Positions 20,878 through 29,715 of a DNA stretch of 64,000 nucleotides are shown here, piece after piece. Below the pieces are notes generated by a model. It searched no databases and was not told where the DNA came from. It saw nothing but the letters and a program-made list of their open reading frames with translations. Position 1 is the stretch's first letter. Each line of letters starts with the position of its first letter. The stretch is taken from assembly GCA_023412855.1 (NCBI GenBank), contig JAEZRJ010000080.1, positions 14,512 to 78,511 on the forward strand, in the 5' to 3' direction. A program made the translations under genes and the position numbers. Origin of the DNA: Bacillota bacterium. GTDB taxonomy: Bacteria > Bacillota > Clostridia > Lachnospirales > Lachnospiraceae.

Positions 20878-22185
20878 TTATAAGCCCTTTATGTCGATGT
20901 TGCCGGACTCGCAAGAGACCGTGATATGCTTTCCTATGTCTGAAGAGGAAAGCGGCTTGTATTTTTCTCCCATATCCTGCCCTTCAACTTTAATAGTTCC
21001 GTATTCTGTAAATAAATCGTAGGAATAATCGGTGGCTGGAGAAGAGAATTCCAGAGAAACGTTTCCATATTCATTATCTGCCGTTAAAGTCTGAAGACTG
21101 GCATCTTTCATGTGAAGGGAACCGGTTCCAATGGTAATATCCGCATCTCCAGATATGGTGATTCGCTCTGCGTTGGTTTCACCATATTCGATGTCTGCTG
21201 CGAAAGTATTTGCTGTCATATCTGTTATCTCGAGGCTGCCTGTGTTTATTTCTACGGAGAGAGAATCGGTCTCTGCGGAGCTTAACTGAAGGTCGCCGTA
21301 ATCGATTGCTGTTTCAATAATGCCGGAATCGATATCCCTTATATTCACATTGCCGGTATTCATTTTCAAAGTAACGCTGGAAGCATTGATGGTGCTTAGG
21401 CCGACATCTCCGTAATCGGCAGTTACTGTCAGAGTATCTGCAACTATACTATCCAGATTCACATTACCGGTGTTTACCTTCAACGCAGCGGTAGAGGCAT
21501 CGATGGTGTTTAGTGTGACATTTCCGTAATCGGTAGTTACGGTCAGGGTATCTGCAATTATATTGTCCAGATTCAAATAGCCGGTGTTTACTTCCAGAGC
21601 GATGCAAGGGGCATTCATGTCAGTCAGGTTTACATCGCCGTAATCCTCAGATACGGAGACGGAAGAAGCATTTATGGAGGAAAGATTAGTGTTTCCGCAG
21701 TCGTTATTGACCGAAATGCTGTTTAATTCGACATTCTCGGGAATATAAACAGTGACCGATTCACTCTCCCGTATATCGCCGCTTTGAATACCTGAAAAGC
21801 CGAGGAACATGTAATGGAAGGAAGAGGAACCTGCAGGATTACTCGCTTGAGTTATATGCAGCGTACCGTCTTTGATTTCATAAGATAGCGGGTGATTCTG
21901 CGCCGTTTTATAAGAAATCTTAAAGCGGTCTGATTCTTTGATTTCCACATTGGCATAGGAAACCTTCATGTCGATATTTTGAAAGGCGTCCAGTTCGATG
22001 TCTGTCATTTCTATAAAGTCAGTTTCATTCAGCTTTGTCTGGTTCCAGCTATATACCTGAAAGCCGTCGTTGCTTATGCCGATACCGGTAACGCTTTCTC
22101 CGAGAAAAAATCCTGTAATGTATAAAATGATGCCTAAACCGACAAAAGCAGCGCATAGGGCAAGAAACTTATTTGTTTTGCTCAT
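20878..22185 (-). CDS. DUF4097 family beta-strand repeat protein, membrane anchored
   Basis: N-terminal TM helix; repeated (DY/NT)G-x-V-x-L units; third gene of a PadR-DUF1700-DUF4097 operon. Confidence 0.8.
   Translation of the reverse strand: MSKTNKFLALCAAFVGLGIILYITGFFLGESVTGIGISNDGFQVYSWNQTKLNETDFIEMTDIELDAFQNIDMKVSYANVEIKESDRFKISYKTAQNHPLSYEIKDGTLHITQASNPAGSSSFHYMFLGFSGIQSGDIRESESVTVYIPENVELNSISVNNDCGNTNLSSINASSVSVSEDYGDVNLTDMNAPCIALEVNTGYLNLDNIIADTLTVTTDYGNVTLNTIDASTAALKVNTGNVNLDSIVADTLTVTADYGDVGLSTINASSVTLKMNTGNVNIRDIDSGIIETAIDYGDLQLSSAETDSLSVEINTGSLEITDMTANTFAADIEYGETNAERITISGDADITIGTGSLHMKDASLQTLTADNEYGNVSLEFSSPATDYSYDLFTEYGTIKVEGQDMGEKYKPLSSSDIGKHITVSCESGNIDIKGL
21383..21619. repeat. 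114-bp (38-aa) tandem internal duplication in the DUF4097 gene
   Basis: Units start at 21383, 21497 and 21611 (GCATTGATG/GCATCGATG/GCATTCATG) with clear nucleotide-level similarity. Confidence 0.75.
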
Positions 22186-22774
22186 TTTTTCTTCCTCCTT
22201 TTTCGATGAGATGTCCAAAGAAACGTACCATGCGGGTAAGGAACCATTGACAGAAGCGTATCATGCCAAAGGTCAGCAGCATACCGAGTCCCATGGAGAC
22301 AAGGCCGGCCCCCAGACAGCTAATAAAGGCGGGGAAATTGGCAACGGCCACGGTGAATCCGGCAACGATGTAAAGAGGGCCGGCAACAGCTATTATAATA
22401 CCTGCAAAGATAAAGCATAAGATGACCGCCAATATGCATAAAACAAAAGCGATGATTACCATGGCAAAGGCCAGAGCCAGAGGAAGAGCAAAGGGCGCTG
22501 CACATACGGCGAGTACGCCTACCCAAACGGCATTTAAGCCTTTTTTCACGTCTTTGACCGGTGCAGCGGCATTTTTGCGAACGATGTCGGCTATGATTTG
22601 TTCTGCGGCGAATTCGGGTGTTCCCAGATCCTCAATTACCTGAGCCTCTTCCTCGGCGCCTGCATCGGAAAAGTATTCTTCAAAATAATCCACGGCCCTT
22701 TGGAAGTCCTCTTTTGGAAGACGCCGCAATTGCGTTCTTAAAGATTGCATGTATTCCACTTTATTCATTTTCAT
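22169..22774 (-). CDS. DUF1700/HAAS domain membrane protein
   Basis: MNKVEYMQSL...YFEEYFSDAG...DLGTPEFAA followed by long hydrophobic segments; GGAGG RBS. Confidence 0.85.
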   Translation of the reverse strand: MKMNKVEYMQSLRTQLRRLPKEDFQRAVDYFEEYFSDAGAEEEAQVIEDLGTPEFAAEQIIADIVRKNAAAPVKDVKKGLNAVWVGVLAVCAAPFALPLALAFAMVIIAFVLCILAVILCFIFAGIIIAVAGPLYIVAGFTVAVANFPAFISCLGAGLVSMGLGMLLTFGMIRFCQWFLTRMVRFFGHLIEKGGRKNEQNK

Positions 22775-23102
22775 TTCCTCCCTCTTGGAAAAATTTTTTC
22801 TCATTTATAATTTTTTCGATGGTGGCGGTATGCTGCTGCCACTCATTTTTCAGGAATTGCCACTGGTTCTCTCCGGCCTCGGTGATCCGGTAGTATTTGC
22901 GGTTGCGGCCTTGAAAAGGCTGGTCATAAGTAATGACGAAATTGTTGTCGGACAGGCGGCGAAGGATGGGGTAGAGAGTCGAATCCTTCATATTGGATAC
23001 GCTTTTTAATTGCTGGCTGATCTGGTAGCCGTAGCTGTCTTGCTGCCGGACGATAGAGAGAAGGAGAAAGTCGAGCAGGGGGGCACTGATTGGATATATC
23101 AT
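22761..23102 (-). CDS. PadR family transcriptional regulator
   Basis: DSYGYQI, STLYPILRRL, GRNRKYYRIT motifs; AAGGAG RBS before 23102. Confidence 0.9.
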   Translation of the reverse strand: MIYPISAPLLDFLLLSIVRQQDSYGYQISQQLKSVSNMKDSTLYPILRRLSDNNFVITYDQPFQGRNRKYYRITEAGENQWQFLKNEWQQHTATIEKIINEKKFFQEGGNENE

Positions 23103-23210
23103 ATGAGCTCCTTTCTTCGGCGTAGGCTCTTGGTATGCGCCTGAAATTACGAAGGCGCAGGAAACGGCCAATACCGATAGCTTTGTTTTTTATATATGTA
23201 ATTATTATGC

Positions 23211-23241
23211 ATATTATATATTGTATAATATATAATGTCAA
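23211..23241 (-). promoter_or_regulatory. Consensus sigma-A promoter of the padR operon with overlapping palindromic operator
   Basis: Minus strand TTGACA(23241-23236)-N17-TATAAT(23218-23213); inverted repeat ATATTATA-N5-TATAATAT at 23211-23231. Confidence 0.75.
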
Positions 23242-23467
23242 TATATATATTTATAAATAATAATTATAGAAAACCATCATGTTACTGAGAATGAAGTGAA
23301 CAGTAACAGCACCATTGCAAAGCTTATATTTTTAGGATATCACGGGAAAGAATTCGGAGTGTAACATAAAATGAGATGTTGTATGTAAATCGTAATCATG
23401 TGATAATATGATAGAAAGAAACAGAAGTGAATGTGTAGACTAATATGTTTTGGAAAAGAGGGATGTT

Positions 23468-23824
23468 ATGAACGTTTTATTTGTGGAATATCCGAAATGC
23501 AGTACTTGTAAAAAAGCGGGAGAATGGCTGAAGGCACATGGAATTACGTATGCGGACAGGCACATTAAGGAGGATAATCCTACGGCGGCAGAGCTGAAGG
23601 AGTGGCATGAGAGGAGCGGGAAGGATATAAAGAGCTTCTTTAATACGAGCGGGAACTTGTATAAGGAAATGCAACTGAAGGATAAACTCCCGGGAATGAC
23701 CTTAGAAGAGAAATATGTACTTCTTTCCACGGACGGAATGCTTGTGAAGAGGCCGGTCGTGGTAGGAGAAGATTTTGTTTTGGTTGGTTTTAAGGAAGCG
23801 GAGTGGGCGGATAAGCTGGTATAG
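23468..23824 (+). CDS. ArsC/Spx/YffB-like arsenate reductase family protein
   Basis: YPKCSTCKKA CxxC motif, FFNTSG, LVKRP. Confidence 0.88.
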   Translation: MNVLFVEYPKCSTCKKAGEWLKAHGITYADRHIKEDNPTAAELKEWHERSGKDIKSFFNTSGNLYKEMQLKDKLPGMTLEEKYVLLSTDGMLVKRPVVVGEDFVLVGFKEAEWADKLV

Positions 23825-23861
23825 AAGCGAATATGGACATTGACGGGGACCGCAAGAGCTT

Positions 23862-23900
23862 TTTCACAAACCTTTCATGAAGGTATCATATTTCTTTCAC
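23862..23900 (+). promoter_or_regulatory. Four direct repeats at 10-11 bp period upstream of an MCP gene (OmpR/PhoB-type box)
   Basis: TTTCACA (23862), TTTCATG (23873), TATCATA (23884), TTTCACA (23894). Confidence 0.45.
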
Positions 23901-23947
23901 AAAATAGTGATTAAATAAGATACAAATTATGCGAAGGAGAATAAGTT

Positions 23948-25684
23948 ATGCGAAAGAGTATAGGCGTTAAAATCCTCGGTTTAGTAGCCATATTGCTGCT
24001 TACAGGTTTGGCGAGCAGCATTACCGGTACATTTCTGGTCAGGAATATGAATGAAAAGGCGCAAATTATTGCCAATGACAATATGGATGCGGTCACGCTG
24101 CTGTTTAATACGGCGAGAAGCGTGGAGAGGGTACAGAAGTTCGTCAACAGCTCTTCCGAGGACAGTAACAGCGAAGCGGAGGCGGCGACAACTGCGTTTG
24201 CGGAGTTGAAAGATGTGCTGTCGGTATTTGATGATGACGAGATCATGTCCGCCTTTCACAGTTATCAGGAGGCGTATGCGGCATATGTACAAGCGGCCAG
24301 TCAGATGGGAAGAATGATGCCCGATATGGTGCAGCAGGCGGTGGGCGATGCTGCGAACGACGGGACAGGCGGTATGGAGGATGCGGCAGTCCGGAATACG
24401 GAAATGGACGAGGCGGCAGCAAAGCTGGACAGCGCCTATGGAAATCTGTATACATTGATTCGTACGGAGGTGGTAGCGGCTTCGGATACGCTCAACGCAC
24501 AATATCAGTTTTCCACCATACTTAATTATGGCATTGTTATTTTTATCCTGCTTCTGGGAGCGGTTATCGTCGCTGTTACGCTGGTAGCGCTCATAAATCC
24601 CATTAAGGCGGCAAACAGTCAATTAAATGAAATAATGGTTGAAATAGACGGAGGAAAGGGTGATTTATCGAAGCGGCTGATTACCCGCAATCAGGATGAA
24701 ATCGGAAGCTTAGTCTTTGGAATCAATACATTTTTGGACAAGCTGCAATCTATCATGCAGAAAATACAGTCGAAGTCCGAATCCCTCGGAGTGTCGGTGG
24801 AAATTGTCTTGGATCAGGTCTCGGAGTCGGAACAGAGTGTAAACGATTTTTCTGCGACGATGCAGCAGCTTGCAGCAGGGATGGAGGAGGTATCAGCCAC
24901 TTCGGAACAGCTTAGCAGCGGAGTAAATCAAATTTTTGATTCCATCAAATATATGAATAATCAAGTAAAAGACGGGAAAAATTTGTCTCAGGATATAGAA
25001 ATTCGTTCCAAAGAATTCAGTGAGAGCGCGGAGAATTCCAAGCAAAGTACCAACGATATCGTAACGGAGCTGAAGGAAGGACTAAATGCATCTATTGAGA
25101 AGAGCAAATCAGTGATAAAGATTCAGGAGCTGACGAATGAAATCCTTAATATTTCTTCCCAGACGAACCTGCTTGCGTTAAATGCCTCCATAGAGGCCGC
25201 CAGAGCAGGCGACGTAGGAAAAGGCTTTGCCGTTGTTGCAGAGGAGATCAGAAGTCTTGCCGAAAACAGCAGGAATACAGCAAATAATATCCAAAACATC
25301 AGTAATCTGGTTACGGAAAGCGTGGAGAAATTAGCAGATAATTCCAAGAGGATGTTAGACTATGTGGATACGAGTATTCTTACGGATTACGATAATTTTG
25401 TAAGGATATTGGAAAAATACAGCGTAGATTCGAAACGGCTGAACGAGATTCTGGAGGAGTTTTCAACCAATACCTCCGGTCTGGAAGCGACCATGGGTGA
25501 GATGAACAACGGAATCAGTGAAATTGCCAACACTATAGATGAGAGTACAAAAGGAATTACCAATACAGCAGCTCTGACCAGCGATTTGGTTTCTTCCATC
25601 GCGTTGATAACGGATAAGACAAAAGAGAGTAAAATTGTCGGAGAAGAGTTACAGTCGGAAGTGAGCGTTTTTGAAAAGATTTAG
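23948..25684 (+). CDS. Methyl-accepting chemotaxis protein
   Basis: Two TM helices, HAMP (GDLSKRL...DEIG), [17 protein letters not shown] motif; AAGGAG RBS. Confidence 0.9.
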   Translation: MRKSIGVKILGLVAILLLTGLASSITGTFLVRNMNEKAQIIANDNMDAVTLLFNTARSVERVQKFVNSSSEDSNSEAEAATTAFAELKDVLSVFDDDEIMSAFHSYQEAYAAYVQAASQMGRMMPDMVQQAVGDAANDGTGGMEDAAVRNTEMDEAAAKLDSAYGNLYTLIRTEVVAASDTLNAQYQFSTILNYGIVIFILLLGAVIVAVTLVALINPIKAANSQLNEIMVEIDGGKGDLSKRLITRNQDEIGSLVFGINTFLDKLQSIMQKIQSKSESLGVSVEIVLDQVSESEQSVNDFSATMQQLAAGMEEVSATSEQLSSGVNQIFDSIKYMNNQVKDGKNLSQDIEIRSKEFSESAENSKQSTNDIVTELKEGLNASIEKSKSVIKIQELTNEILNISSQTNLLALNASIEAARAGDVGKGFAVVAEEIRSLAENSRNTANNIQNISNLVTESVEKLADNSKRMLDYVDTSILTDYDNFVRILEKYSVDSKRLNEILEEFSTNTSGLEATMGEMNNGISEIANTIDESTKGITNTAALTSDLVSSIALITDKTKESKIVGEELQSEVSVFEKI

Positions 25685-25713
25685 GTATAATAATCCACCA
25701 TTTACAAATACTA
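25685..25713 (+). promoter_or_regulatory. Putative sigma-G promoter of spoVT
   Basis: GTATA-N17-AATACTA resembles the forespore sigma-G consensus; spoVT is sigma-G controlled in Bacillus subtilis. Confidence 0.45.
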
Positions 25714-25796
25714 GCAACACATCGCTGTAGATTCTCGAGCCAGAGAAGAATGGCAGCGAAAAGACTGAAATATTTGGAAAATGGAGGAAACAGAAT

Positions 25797-26342
25797 ATGA
25801 AAGCAACTGGGATAGTCCGCAGAATTGACGACTTAGGCCGTATTGTAATACCCAAAGAAATCAGGCGCACACTGCGCATAAGGGAGAGCGACCCGCTCGA
25901 AATATTTACGGACAGAGAAGGCGAAATCATCTTGAAAAAATATTCTCCAATTGGGGAAATGAGCACTTTTGCGAAGCAATATGCGGAGAGTCTCGCACAA
26001 GTTTCAGGACATACCGCATTGATTGCTGACAGAGATCAGATTATCGCAGTGTCCGGCGGATATAAGAATCTCATGGGGAAAAGCTTGAGCAGAGAGCTGG
26101 AAGAAAAAATAAACAATCGGGAAACGGCGCTGGCATCCAAAGGTGACCGCAATTTCATCCCGATTTCCAGCGACAGCGGAGAGGAATTTTTTCATGAAGC
26201 GATCAGTCCCATTATATGCGAAGGAGACGTAATCGGAGCAGTGATTCTTGTGGAGAACGATGAAAAGATGAAATTGGGAGAGGTGGAGCAGAAACTCATC
26301 CTATCCGCTTCGGGTTTTCTTGGAAGACAGATGGAGCAATAA
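25797..26342 (+). CDS. spoVT: Stage V sporulation protein T
   Basis: MKATGIVRRIDDLGRIVIPKEIRRTLRI AbrB domain plus C-terminal GAF ending FLGRQME. Confidence 0.95.
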   Translation: MKATGIVRRIDDLGRIVIPKEIRRTLRIRESDPLEIFTDREGEIILKKYSPIGEMSTFAKQYAESLAQVSGHTALIADRDQIIAVSGGYKNLMGKSLSRELEEKINNRETALASKGDRNFIPISSDSGEEFFHEAISPIICEGDVIGAVILVENDEKMKLGEVEQKLILSASGFLGRQMEQ

Positions 26343-26584
26343 AAAGAACAAAAGTGTGCTTCGCACACACACGGCCAAATACTTTAGCAGCACAGCTTTT
26401 GTTCCGCGCGCGAAGCTGCGCATTCATCGGTTCTTTCATAGGAGCAGTTTCCTATGAAAGAACAAAAGTGTGCTTCGCACACACACGCGGCCAAATACTT
26501 TAGCAGCACAGCTTTTGTTCCGCGCGCGAAGCTGCGCATTCATCGGTTCTTTCATAGGAGCACTTTCCTATGAAAGAACAAAAG
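26343..26584 (+). repeat. Two tandem copies (114 and 116 bp) plus 12-bp stub of a structured repeat element
   Basis: 26343-26456 and 26457-26572 differ only by a 2-bp indel and one loop base; several internal palindromes. Confidence 0.9.
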
Positions 26585-26630
26585 CCGCCTGAGGTTTAAG
26601 TTTATCATCTTAAATCACAGACGGTCTTTT
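26580..26630. terminator. Bidirectional terminator between spoVT and degV
   Basis: AAAAG-CCGCCTGAGGTTTAAG ... CTTAAATCACAGACGG-TCTTTT imperfect stem with A and T tracts. Confidence 0.6.
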
Positions 26631-26697
26631 TATATCATTTTTATATTATAGAAAAGATTTTGCTGTCCTGATGTGTGAAAGTATTGCCTTTCTATAT

Positions 26698-27579
26698 TTA
26701 TAAGTATTCCTTATATTTGTCGTCGGAAGTATCAAAAAAACAAATACCGATAACGCCTCGTCCGGTATGGGCTCCTATGGCACAGCCTACGGTGGAAATC
26801 AGCTTATCCTTCGGTCTTAACAGTTCGGCGGATAGATCGAGAACAAAAGAAAGGGCTTTTTCATCTTCGCCATGGCAAAATGCTATGGTTTGGTCAGAGG
26901 GATCGTAAGCGTTTTCTTTTGTATAGTCTACCAGCGCCTTTAAAGATTTCTTGTGTCCGCGGACCGTCTTGATAACTTGAAGGCTTCCGGATTTATCCAC
27001 GATAAGAATTGGCTTCATGTCAAGTGTTTCCGCAATGGTTCCTTTGAACTTGGAAAGCCGTCCGCCTTTTATGAGGTAAGCGAGAGTGTGGACGGTAAAG
27101 ACATGATGTACATGTGAAATATAGTAATCGGCGGCCTCGATGAGGGTTTCTTTTGGGGCCCCGTTTTCCAGCATGGTAACCAACTTGGATACGAGGAGCC
27201 CGAAACCGATGGAAGCGCATTTGGAATCGATAATCGTCAAATCGAAATCCGGGTATTTTTCCAAAATATTTGCTTTTGCGATATTTGCAGCATTGAAGGT
27301 GCCCGCAATCCCGGTGGAAAAGCAAAGATAAATGATGCTGTCTCCTGCTTCTGCATAGGGAAGAAAAGCGTCTTCGAACATAGCGGGATTGATGTGGTAA
27401 GTTCTTATATCTCTTTTTGTATCGTCCAATATGTTATAAAATTCGGGAGTTTGAATAGTCTTTCCGTCCAGATAATCCACCTCGTCGATGACGACAGGAG
27501 TAGGGATAACGTGCAATTTATGATCTTGCGCGTACTGCTTCGGCAAATCCGAAGCGGAGTCGGTAATGATTCTAAGCAT
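26698..27579 (-). CDS. DegV family fatty-acid-binding protein
   Basis: IITDSASDLP, STGIAGT, IIDSKCASIG, LIKGGRLS, IGAHTG motifs. Confidence 0.9.
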   Translation of the reverse strand: MLRIITDSASDLPKQYAQDHKLHVIPTPVVIDEVDYLDGKTIQTPEFYNILDDTKRDIRTYHINPAMFEDAFLPYAEAGDSIIYLCFSTGIAGTFNAANIAKANILEKYPDFDLTIIDSKCASIGFGLLVSKLVTMLENGAPKETLIEAADYYISHVHHVFTVHTLAYLIKGGRLSKFKGTIAETLDMKPILIVDKSGSLQVIKTVRGHKKSLKALVDYTKENAYDPSDQTIAFCHGEDEKALSFVLDLSAELLRPKDKLISTVGCAIGAHTGRGVIGICFFDTSDDKYKEYL

Positions 27580-27613
27580 ATGAATGCCTCGCTTTCTGTT
27601 ACAAATTGACGTT

Positions 27614-29068
27614 TTAGGATTGACTCATGCGGTCGAGCAAATCAATCTTAATATCGTACAGCTTCTTGGATAAATCCACATATACCTTATGGGGATTGAT
27701 AAGACGCCTCGTCTCATCCCATAGGGTATCTAACTCTGTCTGGCAATACGCCCGGATGTCCATAACCTTCGGAGACTCATAGCAGCACTCGCCGCCAAAA
27801 AAAATGGGAGCCATAATTTCCCGAAGCGTATAGCTTCCGCCGGGAAGTCTTGTCTTTTTCCAGGGTTCCAGAGGATCGAAAAGAAGAAGAGACTCTTCTT
27901 CGTCAAAGTGCTCTTCCACGAGGCAGATTAAATCGGCCTTGATTTTTCCCGAATCCTTTTCATAAACGCGGTAAATCTTCTTATTTCCCGGGTTTGTTAC
28001 TTTTTCCGTATTTTCGGACAACTTGATTTTGGGAATGAAGGTTCCGTCTTTGTCCTTGATCGCCGATAATTTATATACGCCGCCGAATGCCGGACAGTCT
28101 TTGGAAGTGATAAGACTGGTGCCTACGCCCCATGAGGTAATGGAGGCACCCTGAACCTTAAGGCTATCGATTAAGAACTCGTCCAAATCGTTGGAAGCGG
28201 AGATGACCGCATCGGGGAAACCGGCTTCGTCCAGCATCTTTCTGGCTTTCTTGGAAAGGTATGCGAGGTCGCCGCTGTCCAGACGGATTCCGTAGTAGGA
28301 AAAGGGGACTCCGGCTTTGCGCATCTCTTTGAACACGCGGATGGCGTTAGGAACGCCGGATTTTAAAGTATCATAAGTATCTACAAGCAAAATACAAGCG
28401 GAAGGATACATTTCGGCATAAGTCTTGAAAGCGGTATATTCGTCCGGAAAGCTCATGATCCAGCTATGAGCATGAGTCCCTTTTACGGGAACGTCGAAGA
28501 GCTGTCCGCAGAGAACGTTAGAGGTAGCCACGCAGCCGCCGATCATGGCAGCTCTTGCACCGTACACTCCGGCGTCCGGACCTTGCGCGCGGCGAAGGCC
28601 GAATTCCATAATTCCGTCGCCTCTGGCCGCATAGCATACTCGGGAAGCTTTGGTAGCAATCAGGCTTTGGTGGTTGATGATATTTAAGATGGCCGTCTCC
28701 ACAAGCTGTGCCTGCATGATCGGCGCGATGACCTTTACTAAAGGCTCCCTTGGGAAAATAACCGTTCCTTCAGGAATCGCATAAATATCTCCCGTGAATT
28801 TAAAATCCTTCAAATAATCGAGAAAGTCCTGCTGGAAAATGGAAAGTCCTGCTAAATAATCGATGTCCTCCTGCGAAAAATGCAGTTCCTTAATATATTG
28901 GATTACCTGCTCTAATCCCGCCGACACCGCATAGCCGCCGTCGCTGGGGTTGGAGCGGTAAAAAACGTCAAAAATTACGGTTTCGTTTTGGCTTTTGTTT
29001 TTGAAATAGCCCTGCATCATAGTGAGTTCGTAAAGGTCTGTGAGCAAGGTCAGATTTTGTCTGTCCAT
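27614..29068 (-). CDS. pncB: Nicotinate phosphoribosyltransferase
   Basis: LLTDLYELTM, EFGLRRAQG, GTHAHSW, LVDTYDTLKSG, IRLDSGDL, GGVYKL; AGGAGG RBS before 29068. Confidence 0.95.
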   Translation of the reverse strand: MDRQNLTLLTDLYELTMMQGYFKNKSQNETVIFDVFYRSNPSDGGYAVSAGLEQVIQYIKELHFSQEDIDYLAGLSIFQQDFLDYLKDFKFTGDIYAIPEGTVIFPREPLVKVIAPIMQAQLVETAILNIINHQSLIATKASRVCYAARGDGIMEFGLRRAQGPDAGVYGARAAMIGGCVATSNVLCGQLFDVPVKGTHAHSWIMSFPDEYTAFKTYAEMYPSACILLVDTYDTLKSGVPNAIRVFKEMRKAGVPFSYYGIRLDSGDLAYLSKKARKMLDEAGFPDAVISASNDLDEFLIDSLKVQGASITSWGVGTSLITSKDCPAFGGVYKLSAIKDKDGTFIPKIKLSENTEKVTNPGNKKIYRVYEKDSGKIKADLICLVEEHFDEEESLLLFDPLEPWKKTRLPGGSYTLREIMAPIFFGGECCYESPKVMDIRAYCQTELDTLWDETRRLINPHKVYVDLSKKLYDIKIDLLDRMSQS

Positions 29069-29180
29069 TTTGCCTCCTATTTTGCCGGAATTGTCCGACA
29101 AGCTATTTTTAGTAAATTATAAAATATTCTAGCACATATTTTCTACATTTGCCATAGCTTTCATTCGGTTGAACTATTAC

Positions 29181-29210
29181 TTGACAATTCTTCGTTTCAC
29201 GCTTTATAAT
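29181..29210 (+). promoter_or_regulatory. sigma-A promoter of the ileS T-box leader
   Basis: TTGACA-N18-TATAAT just upstream of the T-box. Confidence 0.65.
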
Positions 29211-29232
29211 CTCATTTATATAGTATATAGAA

Positions 29233-29529
29233 AAAGCATTGACGAAGACAGTAAGTATCTTAAGAAAGGCACAGCGAACCGGTGAATGGTGTGAGGCCGG
29301 TGCGAGTAAGAGGATACGGAATATCACTTCCGAGCTGCAATGCCCAAACTACTGGAGTAGGTGTTGCCGGTTTTCTTCCGTTAAAAGAAATCATATATCC
29401 CGCATTTTTACAAGTGTTTGCATCAATTGTTGCTGCAAATCCGAAGATTGAATGTAATGGCGGGCGTATGTTGTAACAGGTGGTAACGCAGGAGTTTGAC
29501 CTCGTCCTTTTACAGGACGGGGTCTTTTT
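29233..29529 (+). promoter_or_regulatory. Ile T-box riboswitch (transcription attenuator)
   Basis: Stem I AGCGA and GGTGTGA elements, specifier ATC at 29323-29325, T-box AACAGGTGGTAACGC at 29475, terminator GACCTCGTCCT/AGGACGGGGTC+TTTTT; upstream of ileS. Confidence 0.9.
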
Positions 29530-29645
29530 GTTTAATAGGAAAGTAATCCTATTAAACAAAGATAGATGCGCAGCTACGCGCGCGGAACAAAAGCTGTGCT
29601 GTCAAAGTATTTGGCCGCGGTAGTGTGCGGAGCACACTTTTGTTC
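29527..29645 (-). repeat. Third, diverged and inverted copy of the 26343 structured repeat
   Basis: Reverse complement reads GAACAAAAGTGTGCTCCGCACAC...CCAAATACTTTGACAGCACAGCTTTTGTTCCGCGCGCGTAGCTGCGCAT plus terminal 14-bp hairpin. Confidence 0.88.
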
Positions 29646-29715
29646 CATGCATTTTTATTAATATAAGAGCAATTCACGCAGTGCTTTGCTCGTTATTTCA
29701 GAAAGGATGAAGAAA

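Noticed and set aside
23280..23308. Short palindrome TGTTACTG...GTGAACAGTAACA, reminiscent of an intergenic repeat
   Set aside because: Single 8-bp stem with no second copy in the window; cannot be supported without a genome-wide search.
26343..26584. Possible CRISPR array
   Set aside because: Units are ~115 bp and near-identical along their whole length, with no unique spacers and no cas genes in the window.
29109..29559. Small ORFs between pncB and ileS
   Set aside because: Region is explained by divergent promoters and the T-box leader.
26343..29645. Invertible segment or composite transposon bounded by the inverted repeat copies
   Set aside because: No recombinase or transposase, the copies are diverged, and the cargo is housekeeping (degV, pncB, T-box); independent insertions are simpler.
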